Positions 25,749 through 39,800 of a DNA stretch of 63,977 nucleotides are shown piece by piece. Each line of letters opens with the position of its first letter. Position 1 is the stretch's first letter. The DNA comes from Guillardia theta CCMP2712 (lineage: Eukaryota; Protista; Cryptophyta), in NCBI RefSeq assembly GCF_000315625.1, contig NW_005434613.1:342441-406417 (forward strand), in the 5' to 3' direction. A program made the translations under genes and the position numbers. A model generated the notes under the pieces. That model saw nothing but the letters and a program-made list of their open reading frames with translations. It was not told where the DNA came from and did no database searches.

Positions 25749-27714
25749 GGCGAGCTGGTTTTTTTATCTGACTGATTTTTATTTCGTTTTGAGTAAAATT
25801 ATTACTCACAAACAAGTTTTTTTTTTTAAAAATGAGAAATCTTTGGAAGTGAAAAATAAACAAAACTCCATGTTTTGAGGAAACTATTTTCAAAATTTCA
25901 GTGTTTTCACCAACCACCATGTTTACCTTCGTCCTATTTTTCAAAAATCATCAATAATATTCAAATTTTGGATTATGTTTCGCCAACTTCGCTCAAAATG
26001 TACCCACCCTCCTATCCTATATGCAAAGGCGGAGAACGGCAGGGTAGAGACAGTGTTCGGGCAATTCACAAAGTCAACTCCCACCTTACCCCTTCATTAC
26101 CCCCAATTTACTACGTGTTGTATCTCAATAGGGGGTGGGTATCCTCGGAGGGGGTCCCTTCTCCGAACACCCACCCCCCTTATAGTACCAATCTCGTACA
26201 ACCTGACTTCAATTTGAACCCTTTGGGGTGTATATTAATGTACCCCCTACCCTACTTTAAGACTTCGAAACACAACTTTACCCCCTTACTTCTATACAAT
26301 TTGGAGGGTACTTTGATAACCCTACCCTGTGATTCGAGTTTTGGCAATACCCCCATCCCCCATGTACGAAATTTCAATTTGTACTCCAAAGATTCTACCC
26401 TTACGAAATACTACAAACGTTGATCACCCACCCTGTCTGAAATAAAAATGAATAACTCACACCGGTACTTTTTAGTAGAGGTACCCCAATTATCTATGAT
26501 GAAGGTACCCCTTGTGGTCCAATCCACCCCTTAATTATGCACCCCACCCACCTATTTGCACACACGACCTCCTTCCTCATTATGGCATTCTGATCAGGCG
26601 TTGAACGAAAATGAGTTGGAGAGGGGAAGGAGGGAGGGAGGGAGGCAAGAAGAATCAGAATAAGAGGATACGAGGACGCTGCTTACAAGGAAGCAAATGG
26701 CTACAAGTAGCAGAAGTACCTGTAGATTGTGACCTCAACAGCAATGAAAAGTGGGTTGGAATCGCGGATAGTGGGGGGAGGATGTAAATTGAATTGGAGG
26801 GATACAGGCAGGGGAGGAGGAAGGAGGCGAATATCAGAAAATAAATTGCGACAAGCACGACCGACAATGGCGGGAAGGGGAACGGTATGTTGTGCGGAAG
26901 ATCAAAGTTGGACTGCGTGAGGGATGCGGTGAAGAATTTAGGGCGAGAGCGCGGTGCGTTTGCCTTAAGATTGTTGTTGAGTACATCACAAGGATAGATT
27001 GATAGAGCTTTCCAAGGAGGGATATCGGAGGAAAGAGAGAGCCGAGCCGCCATGCGTGCCAGTGATTGATAGGGAGCGGAGAGAGTACAGCGAGACTGAC
27101 AGGCAACAAGGGAAGACCCATACCCGCACGATGGGGTGTTGGAAAAAGTCACCTTTGTATTTGACACTGATTGTCATCCATCAGGGCGAAAAGACTGAGA
27201 GGAACACGCTCTCATGAGCAGCAAAGGTGCTTCTCGATCCTATGGCGTCTCGAACAATGCCCTGACTTGGGCATCGCAGGATTTGCGCGTTGGATTTAGA
27301 ATTATCATTGGCTCCAATGGGCTGCAATTGGTCAAAGTCCGCGAGGTCTTACAACAGATATGCCTCGTGTTGTGTTTTCTCATTCATTCCTCAATTTGAA
27401 CAGCATCCAAGACGAACCGTTGAACACCTCGGACAGTTGTGGTTTGCAAGTCAACGTGCCATATGAAAACGAAGGTTGGACGATACGCTTTCGTTGGGTT
27501 GGACTGAATGATCTTTTGTGCAATTTCACAGAGTATGACTTGGTCGGGTCTGCCAAATCGACTCCGAAGCAGCGACCTGATTCGAAAGGATCATTGAGGT
27601 GGAAAGTGTACGAAAACATCACAATTTCTCATGTGTCTTTCCAGTCGGTTCTTTTCAGGAGAGCCATCGAAGCTGAAGGTTGAACTTGTTCTCATCAATT
27701 TTTACCGATGCTGA

Positions 27715-30450
27715 ATGTCTGAGCAGCCCATTGCTGTGGAGGATCCAAGTTATCCCTCTCCTGAAAGAGACGATAGACCTCTCCTGTCGCCAGCAGATTT
27801 GCGAAGTCGTCAGAAACTCGATCTCCGAGAAGAAACAGATTTTGGAACTAGAGCTTCAAACTTTGTTTGCAAGAAGCTACATCTTACAGGTAATCTTAGC
27901 AGCAGAGTCTACTGATTGCGAATGGTCTAAGAGATCTGTGTTCCTTTCGCAGGCCTAAAACCTCTCCCTAAGCGCCGACACCATGAAACTCATTTGGCAG
28001 CGGACGGGAGCGAAGCTAATGAGCAAGCGCATGAGGCTGCTCCTCCAAGTTTGAAACTTTTGAAGCAATCGGCAGAGCAAACGGATGTCAGCAAGCCGTC
28101 TATCAGCCTCAACATCTCCAAAGCCCTGGAGATCCCTCGAGAAAAGACAGAAACAGAACTCCGGGCAGAAAAATTGAAAAAGTTTGAGAATGAGTGCACA
28201 CGAGTTGAAGATTTCTTGTTCGTTGGTGGGGTTGCAGTTGCGCAGAATCTTGAGCTTTTAAAGGGAGTTGGAATAACGCACATTTTGAATTGCGCCGGAT
28301 TGTCTTCGGAGAATTTTTTTCCAGAGTCATTTCAATACACTACTGTGAGTCGCTACTAGGCACGAATTTTCTCATCTAACACGTCCTGCAGCTTTACTTG
28401 AATGATGCAGCCTCTGAAGACATCACTTGCCACGTCTACAGGGTATGATTCGTAGATGATGGCCGTGTTGAGATGATTGAGATTGGTTTCAGGTTGTGCG
28501 ACTCATTCAAGCTGTAAAGCAGACGGGAGGGAAGATACTTGTACATTGCCATCAAGGGGTCTCAAGATCTTGTGCATTCTGTATAGCTTTCTTGATCCAC
28601 GATTATTCTTTATCCTACGAGGATGCGTTTCTACGGGTGAAGGTAAACTCTAGGAGGACAAACGTGAGGTCGTGCTCAGTCACCTCCAAATAGGAGAGAA
28701 GAGGCATCTGTAACCCTAACGCTGGCTTCGCTGCTCAACTGATGACGTGGAGCAAGAATCTGGAAGCTTACAAGCAGGTGCGTTTGATATTGACACGATG
28801 AGAGTGTGGAGAATTGATACCTCGAAAACAAGGGGGGAGTTGACGCCCACCGGATGAGGGCGTTTCATGTGCATTACTACTTCAGGTGAATCCTGAAAGC
28901 TTCTTGACGAGTAAGGTTGACCTTGCCCTTCAAAGGGGAGATGTACCAGAAGGAGGGGCGCAGATAAAAGACACAAAGGACTGCCTTGCGTCAAAGTTGC
29001 TCGGTCACTGGGATGGAAGGAATCAAGACATGTCGAGCCAGGAGGAATTCGACGAGAATCACCTGTATGTGCTGCAGCCGGATCAGGTGAAGCTGACGCG
29101 TCTACCTCTTTCCTACATGGTGACATGCATGCTCAAGGTCTACATCCTCGAGACTGCAGAGGAGATGTACGTGTGGATCGGCGATAGGAGCACACTGGTT
29201 GCTCGGCAGGTTGAACCGTCACGGGCGATGCTGAACTTCATTCGACAGGAGCACAAGGAGTTTGCAATGCAGTGTATCGGAGATCTTCAGAAATTTGAGA
29301 ACGCCTGCGAGAAAGTTGTGATTGTGAATCATGGCCAGGTAGAGCAATCGAATGATCTCTTTCTCATTCCATTGGTCGTAGTGGCTGACCCCTCGTGGTA
29401 GGAGAGTCAACAAGTTCTGGACCTGGTAGCTAAGCTGCAGTGTAGACTACCCAAAGGTCTCGACTGGCTCGCGACCTCCTAGCTTCTCATGCCTTGTGCA
29501 GGATCGAAGGAGTTGGAGTTGAAAGATGCCGGGATGAACTTGAGGTAAAGTCGCTCGATGATTTCCCTTCGTCTCTGCTCATCGACTTGTCAACAGCCTC
29601 TCAAGCATCCAGGCAGAACGACCTGTCGTCCCCTCCCTCCCTGCTGAACCCCGGGGAGTGGGCAAGCGAGACTCAGGGAGGAGGGAGGAGGGTGTGAGTG
29701 GGCCGAGCGGTCCAGGTCCTTCGCTCCTCCTATCGCAAACCTCACCGCAGGTCTTGTTGCCTGTTCGTGAGGTGCTCGTTCACCTTGTACCTTGCAGCCT
29801 GTTCAGTCTTTCGTCCCGCCGCTCTCCGCAGGGTGGAGGAGAATGGACAAGGAGGAGGTCAAACAAGAGGAGAAACCAGCGGCGGCCTCGATTCCAGCAG
29901 AGGAAGCTGGGGAGGAGGGGGAAGAATCTGGTCCTCGAGTCAGGATGTTTGAGATTGTCGGATGGGATGACGGAGAGGGCGATGTTGAGTTTGAGGTGAG
30001 GGGCCCAAGTGCGAAGAGCAAATGGAAGTGACCTGGTCATGGCAGGAGCTTGAGAACTTTGACTCAGACGATCTCTGGACAAGCAAGGTGAGGAGGAGGA
30101 GGAGGAGGAGGAGGAGGAGGAGGAGGAGGAGGCAGGTTACCTGATAGTATTTCAGGCGTTCTTTCTTGTGCGGGGAGGGGAGGCAGCATCGATCTTGTGG
30201 ATTGGAAACGAGTTTGCTGACGTGAGATCCATTTTACTCCCTCGAGCTTGTGACGGCTGTGAGCAGGGGCTGGACGACGAGGATAGGTTCGCAGAGGTGG
30301 CGGTGTCGCGTTTTGAGAAGGTGAGAGCTTTTCTCTTTCGCGTGCTTGTAAGAGTTTCTGCAGCATCTTGGACGAAGTGTGAAGTGCGAGGAGAGACTGA
30401 GGGAGGGGGATGAGGAAGATGAATTCTGGGACCTGTTTGAGCTGGGATAG
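27715..30450 (+). CDS. dual-specificity (MAP kinase) phosphatase with gelsolin-like repeats, plant MKP1-like (multi-exon)
   Basis: FENECTRVEDFLFVGG..GITHILNCAG, catalytic VHCHQGVSRS and RRGICNPNAGFAAQL. Downstream VYILETAEEMYVWIGD..VVIVNHGQE and ILWIGNEF..EEDEFWDLFELG* look like gelsolin-type segments. Confidence 0.88.
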
Positions 30451-30822
30451 CTACTTTCTCTGTTGTGATTATTGTTTTTTACACTCTTGTCAAAATTCCT
30501 GAAGGCTACATGCACGTTGATGGATATCAGTTACTGTAACATGGACAAGTCACATGTACAGAAACAGCAGATGAGAAGAATGCATGTAGATACATACACA
30601 TGTATGGATAGATATCATCTGCACGCACATAGTTGAATATTATACACCAATCAGAATGAAGACAGTACTGGAAGGCGAGGAGATGGCCGAGAAAGGAGGA
30701 GATTTCTGACAGTTTGAATAGGAATGCATGACAAACGATGAGACAGGTAGAAAGCTTGTTCAACTCTCAACCTCTGCCAAGAAAACGTTTCGAGTACCAA
30801 CTCATGTGTTTATGAAAGGTCT

Positions 30823-33800
30823 TCAGTTGGTAGCGACGCGCTGATTGATAGCAAGCGCGATGGAATCTAAAACCGAATTCTCGTTGGCCAGCAGATCCTT
30901 CTGCAAGCTGATGATGCTTTGTACGCTCCCTTGCACGTGCTGCCCACTCAAGCTCTCAAACTCAGCCTTTGCACCCAGGCAGATCTTGGAGGAGTAGGGG
31001 AAGGGATGTAGGAACGATCCTCCGATGTAGAGGCACGTTCCCACCCTCGTTATGCTCGTCACGCTCCCGTCCACTCCTCCTCCTATCGTCGCCCACACTC
31101 CCGTGAACACATGGAAGCGAGCGATGTGCGGGTAGGAGAGCCCGTCGACGCTAACGAAGTCTCCTCCTACATACAGGTAGTCTCCTAGCAGCGACAGGGC
31201 CTTCACGCTAGCGTCGAAGTCCCCGAGGCTCTGCCATGCTCCGTCCTGAAGCCTGCACAAGTTGCGCTCCCCCGTCTCTCCTGCGAGCCTGAAGGCTCCT
31301 CCGATGAAGAAGTGCCCTTGCTCTAGCAGAAGCTTGTACACTGTCCCTCCTTCGATCCTGCTCCCCACTCTCTGCCACTGGCTCCCATCGTAGTAGCACA
31401 CGTACTGCAGCATACGACATTAGCAACATTTTCTCCCGCTCTCTCCCTCCTCCTCACCCGACATCCGTTGGGGTCCCGTGACTTGAACTTGCCGGCAATG
31501 TACAAGTTCTGACCCGCGACGGCCAAGCTGAAGACAGCTCCTACAAGGTCTTGCGGACCAAAGTTGACCCACCAGCTACCGTTCCATGCGATCACTCCTG
31601 CGCATGCCATGGACGTGCTCCTGACCTGCGAGGAAAGGTCATGGAGAGGAAGGGGGGAGAGATGGAACAGACAGGAAAGATTCTTGTGAAAGATCCTCCC
31701 AGGATGAGAAGGTCGTTGTAGACGACCATCGTGTTAACCGCTCCATCCAGACTGTAAGCAAGCAACTTCTGACTTTGACCGTCAACTTGCATGACCTGGA
31801 GTAGTCGTGAGCAAGGCACGACCAGCACGCTCGAGTGTGTTACGTTAGGAGAAGTTTCGCCGGTCTGACTCTCGAAGACGGAAGAGAAGTAGAGCAGATC
31901 TTTGTACATCACGGTGGATGTGACGGTTGAGAAAGATGCGCTAACCAGAGGATAAAAGGAAGAGTTGGAAGCTGAAGCGAAAGTTTCAGTACAGAAAGAG
32001 CCAGTGAACAGGGAGCAAGGAGAGAGAAGATTGGAAAGAGAGGAGGAGAAGAGAGGAAAACGTGAATGAGGCGAATCGTAGATAGCAAGGAGGAGGAGGA
32101 GGAGCAAGAGGAAGAGGAGCAAGAGGAAGAGGAGGACGAGTAGGAGTAGGAGGATCAGGAGGTGGAGGAGGTGGAGGAGTAGGAGTAGGAGGAGAAGGAG
32201 TAGTAGTAGGAGGAGGAGGAGGAAGAGTAGGAAGGAAGAGGAGTGGGGGGGGGGGGGGGGGGAGGGAGGAGGAAGTACATTACCATTCTTCGAATCCGCA
32301 ACCTCCAGTGCGATGAAACCAGAACCGGACGATTTCAAACCAGCAACGACCGATCGGCCGAACAAGAATGGTTGCTGCATCGCGTCTAAGCGCTTACAAG
32401 GCAGGAGACAACAATTTACCTCAACGTTGCTCGATCTCGACACCTCCCCCTCCTTCACTACCACCTGCACGTTCACCGACCCTGACAGGGGAGGCGTGCG
32501 ACACTCGATGATCCCCCCCACCAGCGAGACGTCGAGGCAATAGGAGGAGCCCAGCAGGACCTGGAGCTCGAAGGAGGAGTTGGTCAGCCTCGGCTCCACA
32601 AACAAGGCGTTGATCTGCACGGACGTGTTGCCCTGCATGTTTGCTAACGAAGGGGCGACGCTGAGGATCTTCGGCCTTGGCAAGACCTCCACTCGAACTT
32701 CGTGCAACGCACTGGTATCCTCTCCTCCAAACGCCGTCCCGCCGTTGTCCAGCGCCAAGATCTGCAGCACGACAACTCCGAACTCCTCAGGAGAGGTGGA
32801 CAGGGTAAGAGTGCCGTCTTGACGCAACGAAGGCATGTTGGTGAAGAGGTAGGAGCCATCGGGAATGACGCTGACTAGGAACGTGACACTCTGAAACGCC
32901 TCCATTCTCGTTCCAGGACTGATGTCCGTCGCAAACTTGGGCAGGCTGTATTCAGAACCCTGGATGACTTTGAGGTCGGGCTGAGGGATGGAGAACGAGG
33001 GCGGCTGGTTGACGATGAGGAAATTTAGAGTCAGAAGGAGCTTGTCGCTCGAGTCCCTTCCTCCCCTGAGTGTCCCGCCGTCGTCGACGAGGACGACGCT
33101 GACGTCACAAGTCCCCTGCCAGAACCCTTGCCAGTCGAAGTTGAGATACCCCGACAGGTTCACGTGCGGGCGCTGGACAAACAAGGAGGAGTTGCAGTCG
33201 CCCAGGAGCGAGCTGATGAAACTCAGCTTCTGATTCCTCTCGTCCAGCGGCTGCTCAACGAGCTGCAGGACCTGCTTGCTGTACGTTCCGCTGTCAAGGC
33301 TCGGGATGATAAGGTGATTGAAGAGAGTGCGGAACGAGGGCGCTGTGTTGACAGGCTGAACGTGGAGGGAAAAGGTGGAGGTTGTGAGGTCAGAACCATT
33401 CCTTGCAGTCCCTCCGTCGTCTTGCAGCGTGACTGTGACGTCAAAGTCTCCGTTGACATACTGACCAACAGAGAAGCAGAGTGTTCCGTTGAGCGACAGG
33501 TGGAAGGAAGAGAACACTTGGCTCCCGTTCCAGGCGCTGGCAACAGCAGCAGTGTCCCTGAGCGAGAAGGTCATGCTCTGGTTGGCCTCGAACCAGGGGC
33601 CTGGCGATATCTTGGTAGCAAAGTTAAGGTAGCAATGAGACTCGGTGCCTTCCAGGATGGCTATCTGCGGGAGGAGAGTGAACGAGGGAGGAGCGTTGGG
33701 GCTGAACAGGAGGAGGGTGAACGTTTGCTCGAGCGACCTGTTGTAGTTTCCTGTCGCGGGATCTCCCGGCCCGTTGTCGGAGAGGATGACGCGGAAACGA

Positions 33801-36800
33801 GCAGAGCCGAAGGCGAACCGGGCGGTAGAGAAGGACAGAGTTCCCACCAGCTGACCCCCGTCAGCTGAGAAACCGAGAGATGGAGGGTCGACGAAGAGCT
33901 CAGGAGAGTCGAAATTGAACGACCAGGTGAGCGACTGGTTGACATCGTTCTCTCCAGCTGAGACATTGTGCGCAAACACAAGCAGCTGCCTCGCTCCTGA
34001 GATGCCGGTAACGTCAGTCGCCTGGAACGTCGGGATGTGATTGGTGGGCAGGACTCTGATCGTGAAGTTGTGGAGAGGACTTGTCAAGTCGACCTGAGGG
34101 ACGTTGAAGTTGAAAGCGTGGTCGGAGATGCTAGCAGAGAACGACGACTCTCCTCTGATACCCCTGGACGTGAAGCAGAGAGTTCCATTCGGGGATATCG
34201 TCGGCATCTCTTCCAGAACAAGTTGCCAGTCTTGACTCTGTACGTGAAACTCCACACTCTGACAAGGGAAGTGCGAGGCCCCGTTCTTGCAGCACAACCT
34301 CTCATCGGGGAAGGTACTTCCAAACACAGCCACAGTCGTCATGCTGGAAGAAGTTTGTTGGATGTACATCCCATTCACTCCCATGTAAGCTCCGGTTGTT
34401 GAATTCCGCGGCTGCAAACAAGTCTGTGCGTTGCAGCGCCAACCAGAAAAGGCGGTGCTGGTAGCAACTTCAGCGAAGGACGCGATGGCATTGTTGATGC
34501 CGTTGGCTACCATGATACTCTTTCCCTCGTCGTCCGAGACGACAGAAACAGCACCGATGAGCGAGTCAACCTTGTTGAAGTAGAAGGAGTAGACCACCAC
34601 CCCATACTCCAGGCTCATGGCCATGAGCTTCGGGCCAGAGTTTGACTCGTAGTACTGCCATTCAGTGATCCCTCCTGCATCGATCCTCAGGTTGTAGCCA
34701 TGGTGGGAGACTTGATACTCCGTCAGGTCCCTGTTCCTCAGCCGCAAGTTCTCGTACTCAGTGATTGAGCTCATTTCAGTAAACTTCTTCAGCTGCACGT
34801 TGTACTGCAAGATCGTTGACTTCGGCTGCGCGTTGACACTCGCGACTTGCCCGATCGCCAGGTAAGTCGTGCCATCGGACACGAAGCTGTACAACTTCTT
34901 CACCCCGCGCAAGCAAGGAGTTGAGAAATCGGTGTCGGAATTCAGACAAGTCGGCAGGCAGAACAGTTTGCGGCTGTAAACATCAGCTCTGATCGTGGGA
35001 ACACTCTTGAATTCACTTCCAAGGTTCTGAAGGAACACGTAGGTCCTGCTGTCGGAGTCTAGAATGTAAACTGGTAACGAGACGCATTTGGCCTGCCCAG
35101 GAGAATTTCCCAAACCCACAACAAGGAGGTCCGTCATTGTGTTCTTGTAAGACGCTTTGACCACCTCGATGTCAATGTTCTCGGCCTTTGGCAGGGAGAA
35201 GCTGTTGTACCTTGCGAAGGTGATGTTTGAACATTGAAGCTCGTTCTTGACGATCCCGTTCACAATGTCGCAGCTCGACACGTTATAGTCGATCATCCAG
35301 AACTGAATGTCATACTGCGTCTCTTCCTCTATCGACACGATGAGATGGTTCAACCTGTCCAATCTTGCCAAGGAAGCATTCACGTTGGCGACCCTGTTGA
35401 CTTGTTGAAATTTTAGCTCCGTAGAACTCCAGGAATACAGGGCGGATCCGGAGCAGTTGAGATCTGAGGCATGAATGTAGGAGAACAAGAGATAGTGATT
35501 GATCTTGTTAAATCTCTCATTCGTAAAGTAGTTCAGCGCACTCAGACTCGGATTTTCTTTCCCATCGCACGTCAGATACGGAACACACTGAATCTCTTCA
35601 AACTTGTCACCCATCAGGCGATAAACACAGGTCTTATGTGCATATGCAACGTAGAAGCAATACATCACAGTGTCTGGATAGCTCGTCGGCGACATGTCTC
35701 CGAACTTGACAAACATCGCTGGCTCAGAGTTCTGAATCACTTGCGCAGCTGTAAACTCGTCATTCTGCCTGCGCATGATCACGATGTCTACGGAGTTGTT
35801 GGAGCCCACGACGGTCTGGTTGGCGATCAGCAAGAAGTTCTTGCTCCCGGCAGAGAACTGGTGGAAACCCAGGGAGCGAGAAGTCCACAAGATCTTCGGG
35901 CACGCCTTGGGGTCAAGGCAATCATTGAAGGAATCCTGGATATGCGTGATCAGCATCAGATGTGACAGACAAGACAAGATGTAACAGACAAGACAAATGT
36001 ATCATAGAAGACATCTCACCTTGAAGTCGTTGAAGTTTCTTTCCCCGTCCTTGATGACGTCGATGTATCTCAACTGCCCGTCAGCATCTCGGCTGAACGA
36101 GGACAAAGCGCCATCGTAGAAGGAGGCGACGACGACGCGGGTGCCATACCCACTTACAAACACACTGTGCGCTCCAATCAGCCCGTCGACAACACGATTG
36201 TTGTCTGTTTGATCCCCATCGGTGATCTTTCCCATGAAGGAAAGCATTCCTGTTGTACTATCCACTTGGAAGATCATAACAGTATTCAGCAAGTCAGACA
36301 CTGCATACAGATTCTGATAGTCAGAGGAAATGGCGATGCTCTGCAAGAACAACAAGTCAGTATCTACTCCTGCATCCTGCCATGGCTCTACCTGCAATCC
36401 CAGAGCTGAATCGTACAAGACGGTGTCGTTGTTCTGATGAAGTTGTCCACTCTCCGGATTCCTCGAAAACAGCAGAATTTTCTTGATTCGCATATCAGAA
36501 CAGACAAGAACAACCCAGACATATACAACCTGAGACTCTCTTGCAGCTACATACACGCTGATGTTGCTTGCAACGATCGAGACAGGTCCCTCAAGGTACT
36601 GAACTTTGCTGTAGATCGGTTTCCAGGTAAGCTCTGATATCCCGCTCACTGCGTCTCGGGTTGCAAAGATCAAAGAGACTGAGGCATCCAGGTAGTCTTG
36701 CAGCAGCTTGACTGAGACAGCGTTGGGAGTAAGAATTGCCTGACCGCCCCCGAAGTCAGTTCGAGATGGACATTCTTCAAGCTGTAAGACCCTCGTCAGT

Positions 36801-39800
36801 CGAGCCTGTTGCTAAACACAACAAGAACAACCTCAAGGAAGAATCCATCATTCCATCGCAAGAAGAGGGAGGCGCTGGAGCCCTGAGGGACCACTAGGAA
36901 AATCTCCCTTGACCATTCGTAGAAGGAAACCTGTTTCAAGTCAAACTTCATCGCATCTTGACTTTCTCGTTCTTGCTCACCGATTCAGCCATTGTTGTAG
37001 AAATGTTCTGAACTCGCAGACATGTCAGAGCGTTGCTAGCAGAGCACTTGTAGACGAGCGAGGGTTGCTGAAGCAACACAGTCAGGAAAACAGGAACTAT
37101 AAAAATTCTACTATTGAGCTCACTGTATCATCAAGGATGGATATCACAACATGCAGATAGTTCCCAATAATCTTCGTAGCAACTCCAGAAGCAAGTGGCG
37201 ATGCGTCGTTGAGGGTGAGAACTTTGTCAAGAACTAGTCCTTCTGAATCTGCCCAACAAGCTTACTCCTTGACCTTCAATGAAGCTGAACATACCTTGAA
37301 CAATACGATACAACGTCGCTAGAGGACATGATGGACAAGAGGGAGCGAACGAAGTCAGTGCGATGTAATCTTGTCCGCCATATGAGAAGTTGGTGATAGC
37401 AGATGAGTGCTGATTGTCTATTTCTGTTCTGTTCGCCAGTGCAAGCGAAATAGAACCTCCATCCTCAATGATCGGGTACGCATAACTTGATCCAACATAG
37501 TTGACGACGATAGCATACTTCATCTGCGTCATGTTATGATCGATGATCGTCCACTGTAACAATCACATCTCAGTCATGATCACATGAATCGCTCAGAGGG
37601 TACCTGTCTTGCTCCGTTCGTGGGAACGGCTTGAATCTCATAAAGAAGACTGTTGGAGCGATTGAAACCAAACAGGTAAGAATGCACTTGTAATGATACT
37701 GAATCCCAGCTCCTTGCCGCGAGGAAATAATCATTCCCGCCGACCTCGAAATGTAGAAATGAAGAATATCCACAGGATTGGAAGGGCGCTGGTGTCGAGG
37801 CCTCCCAGTTTTCTCTGCTCAACGACCAAGGCAGCAGAGTCGTGACGAAAGTCCAGGTCGAATCATTCGCTGCCCTCTGGTAGACTTCGCTAGATGTCAG
37901 GAAGTAGAATGAAGTGAAAGTTCCGGTCAGGTTCTGATTGAGGTATCCTGCCGCTGTCGTGTACCACAACCTGGTCGTGCGCTCAGTCGTAGGAATGAAT
38001 CCGCAGTCTCGCTGCAGGCAAACTCGCTGTATTAAGGGAATCCATCCCCAGTCCGTCAGGTTGCTTTCTTGTACGAACCTCTCAACAGAGACTGAAGTAC
38101 GTCTGAAGCCAAAGTCCCAAGGAGGGGTCACACAAAAGATCGAGGTACAGGACTGGGAGGAACAGGACAGGTTGGCCTCAGCAGAAACCATCGAGTGACT
38201 GCCGTATGAGAATCGGCAACGATATCGCTGAGGAGTCGGAGGAGTCAGTGGACACGAGGAGACGGTCGTACGAGCTCACCTCGTTGGCCTTGAAGTTACC
38301 GATGACCTTCATGCTCGCGTTTGTCTCGATGGGACTCCACGTAAGAGAAGGAGAGTTCCATCCGTTGGGTAGAGGACTTCTCGTGCTGACCCAGTACTCT
38401 TCCTTGAACGGGAAGACTTTGGGGATTTCTCCCTTCGCCCTGGTAGCAAGTCAATCGGACGAGAGCAGACAGAGCTCGGAGGTGCAGTACCATTGATACA
38501 TGGAGACAACCTGGTCTCGTGTCAACGAGCTCTTGAAGATCTTTACGTGTTTCAGCAGGCCAACGTGCGGGAAAACATCGCCAGTCTCCCTGTCCTCCAG
38601 GTTTCCAACTGTGAAAGGGACCCTAGAGGCTGCGCACTTGCGCTGAGACATGAAAGGGTACGTGATAGCGCCACATTGCTGCTGTCCACATGCATGGACG
38701 CTATGAACCTGAGAGGTGAAGTTACACATGACCATGATTTCATCAAGAAAGCAAGATTCACCATCTCGCCATTGACAAACAGCGTCACGTTCCTTCCATC
38801 GTAAGTACCAACCACGTGAGTCCATCGGTAGAGGTCAAGAGCAGGAGTGACGGCGTGGACCAGTCTGGCTGTACTGCCCTCTAGGGACATCTCGAAGAAG
38901 AAAGTCGTCGAACCTCCGTTGGCGTCCATGATGTTACTGTACGCTAGCCTCCAACCTGACAGGCAGTCTGGGTTCTGCTGGTAGACTCCCACCAGCCCGG
39001 AGAACGGGGTTGAATCTCGCTCCATGGTGAAGAGCACTTCAACGGCTAGGCTGCTGCTGGGCAGCTGATTTCTCTTGAAGGGATCCAGCAGCTCAATGTC
39101 GTCAGTGATGTAGAGCCCGACATTGAGGTTGCCGTCGAGCTGCATGCTCTCGAACTTGCCGTTGTTGACCAGAAAAGTGCGAGAGCTCAAGGGGAGAGGA
39201 GCTGCCACGTCCAAGTGAAGAGAGCACCTGTTGACGCATCCCGTCAGCCTTCGTCTCAACCTGACTGCGCTCTTACCTTGGGCCTGTCAGCACCAACCCT
39301 CCAAGTCCTGAGCTGGAGTCCGTGAAGACAGCATCAGCGATGGTGGTGTCAGAAGATTGGCGGCAGTCACTAGCGGTGCTGCTCCGGATGTAGGTGCAAG
39401 ATTCTCCAGTGCAGGACACAGTTTGACCCGAGCTGAAGTTGTTCACTTGATCACTGACGTGCGAACGTTGCAGACTTTGACCGTTGAAATCCCATGACCC
39501 AACACAACTTGTTGGCAGAGGTATGCCTGCGTTCTGCTGTGGGCTTGCAGAAGAGGCGAGCTCAGCTAGAGTCGGGCAGCCGTTTGCTGATATCAAGAAA
39601 GTACTGTTGCCACTGCTGAAACTTTCCCATCCACAGAGGAACGATAGAAATTTGGACCCTTGAGGCATATCAGTGCTGACCTTTTCCATCTTGATCCTCT
39701 CCTCCCCTACAAACACACTTAAGACGAGAAATTTCTCCATATGTACAACAACTTACCATCAACAAGTCTGTCGACAAAGATATTGCTCCCTGTGATGTTG

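Noticed and set aside
26600-27700. Short ORFs upstream of the phosphatase
   Set aside because: Could be 5' exons or UTR, but I could not build a supported model.
32010-32283. Poly-Leu apparent transmembrane segment in the 1461-aa ORF
   Set aside because: It lies in an SSR-filled intron (donor near 32283, pyrimidine-rich acceptor near 32010), so it is not a membrane anchor.
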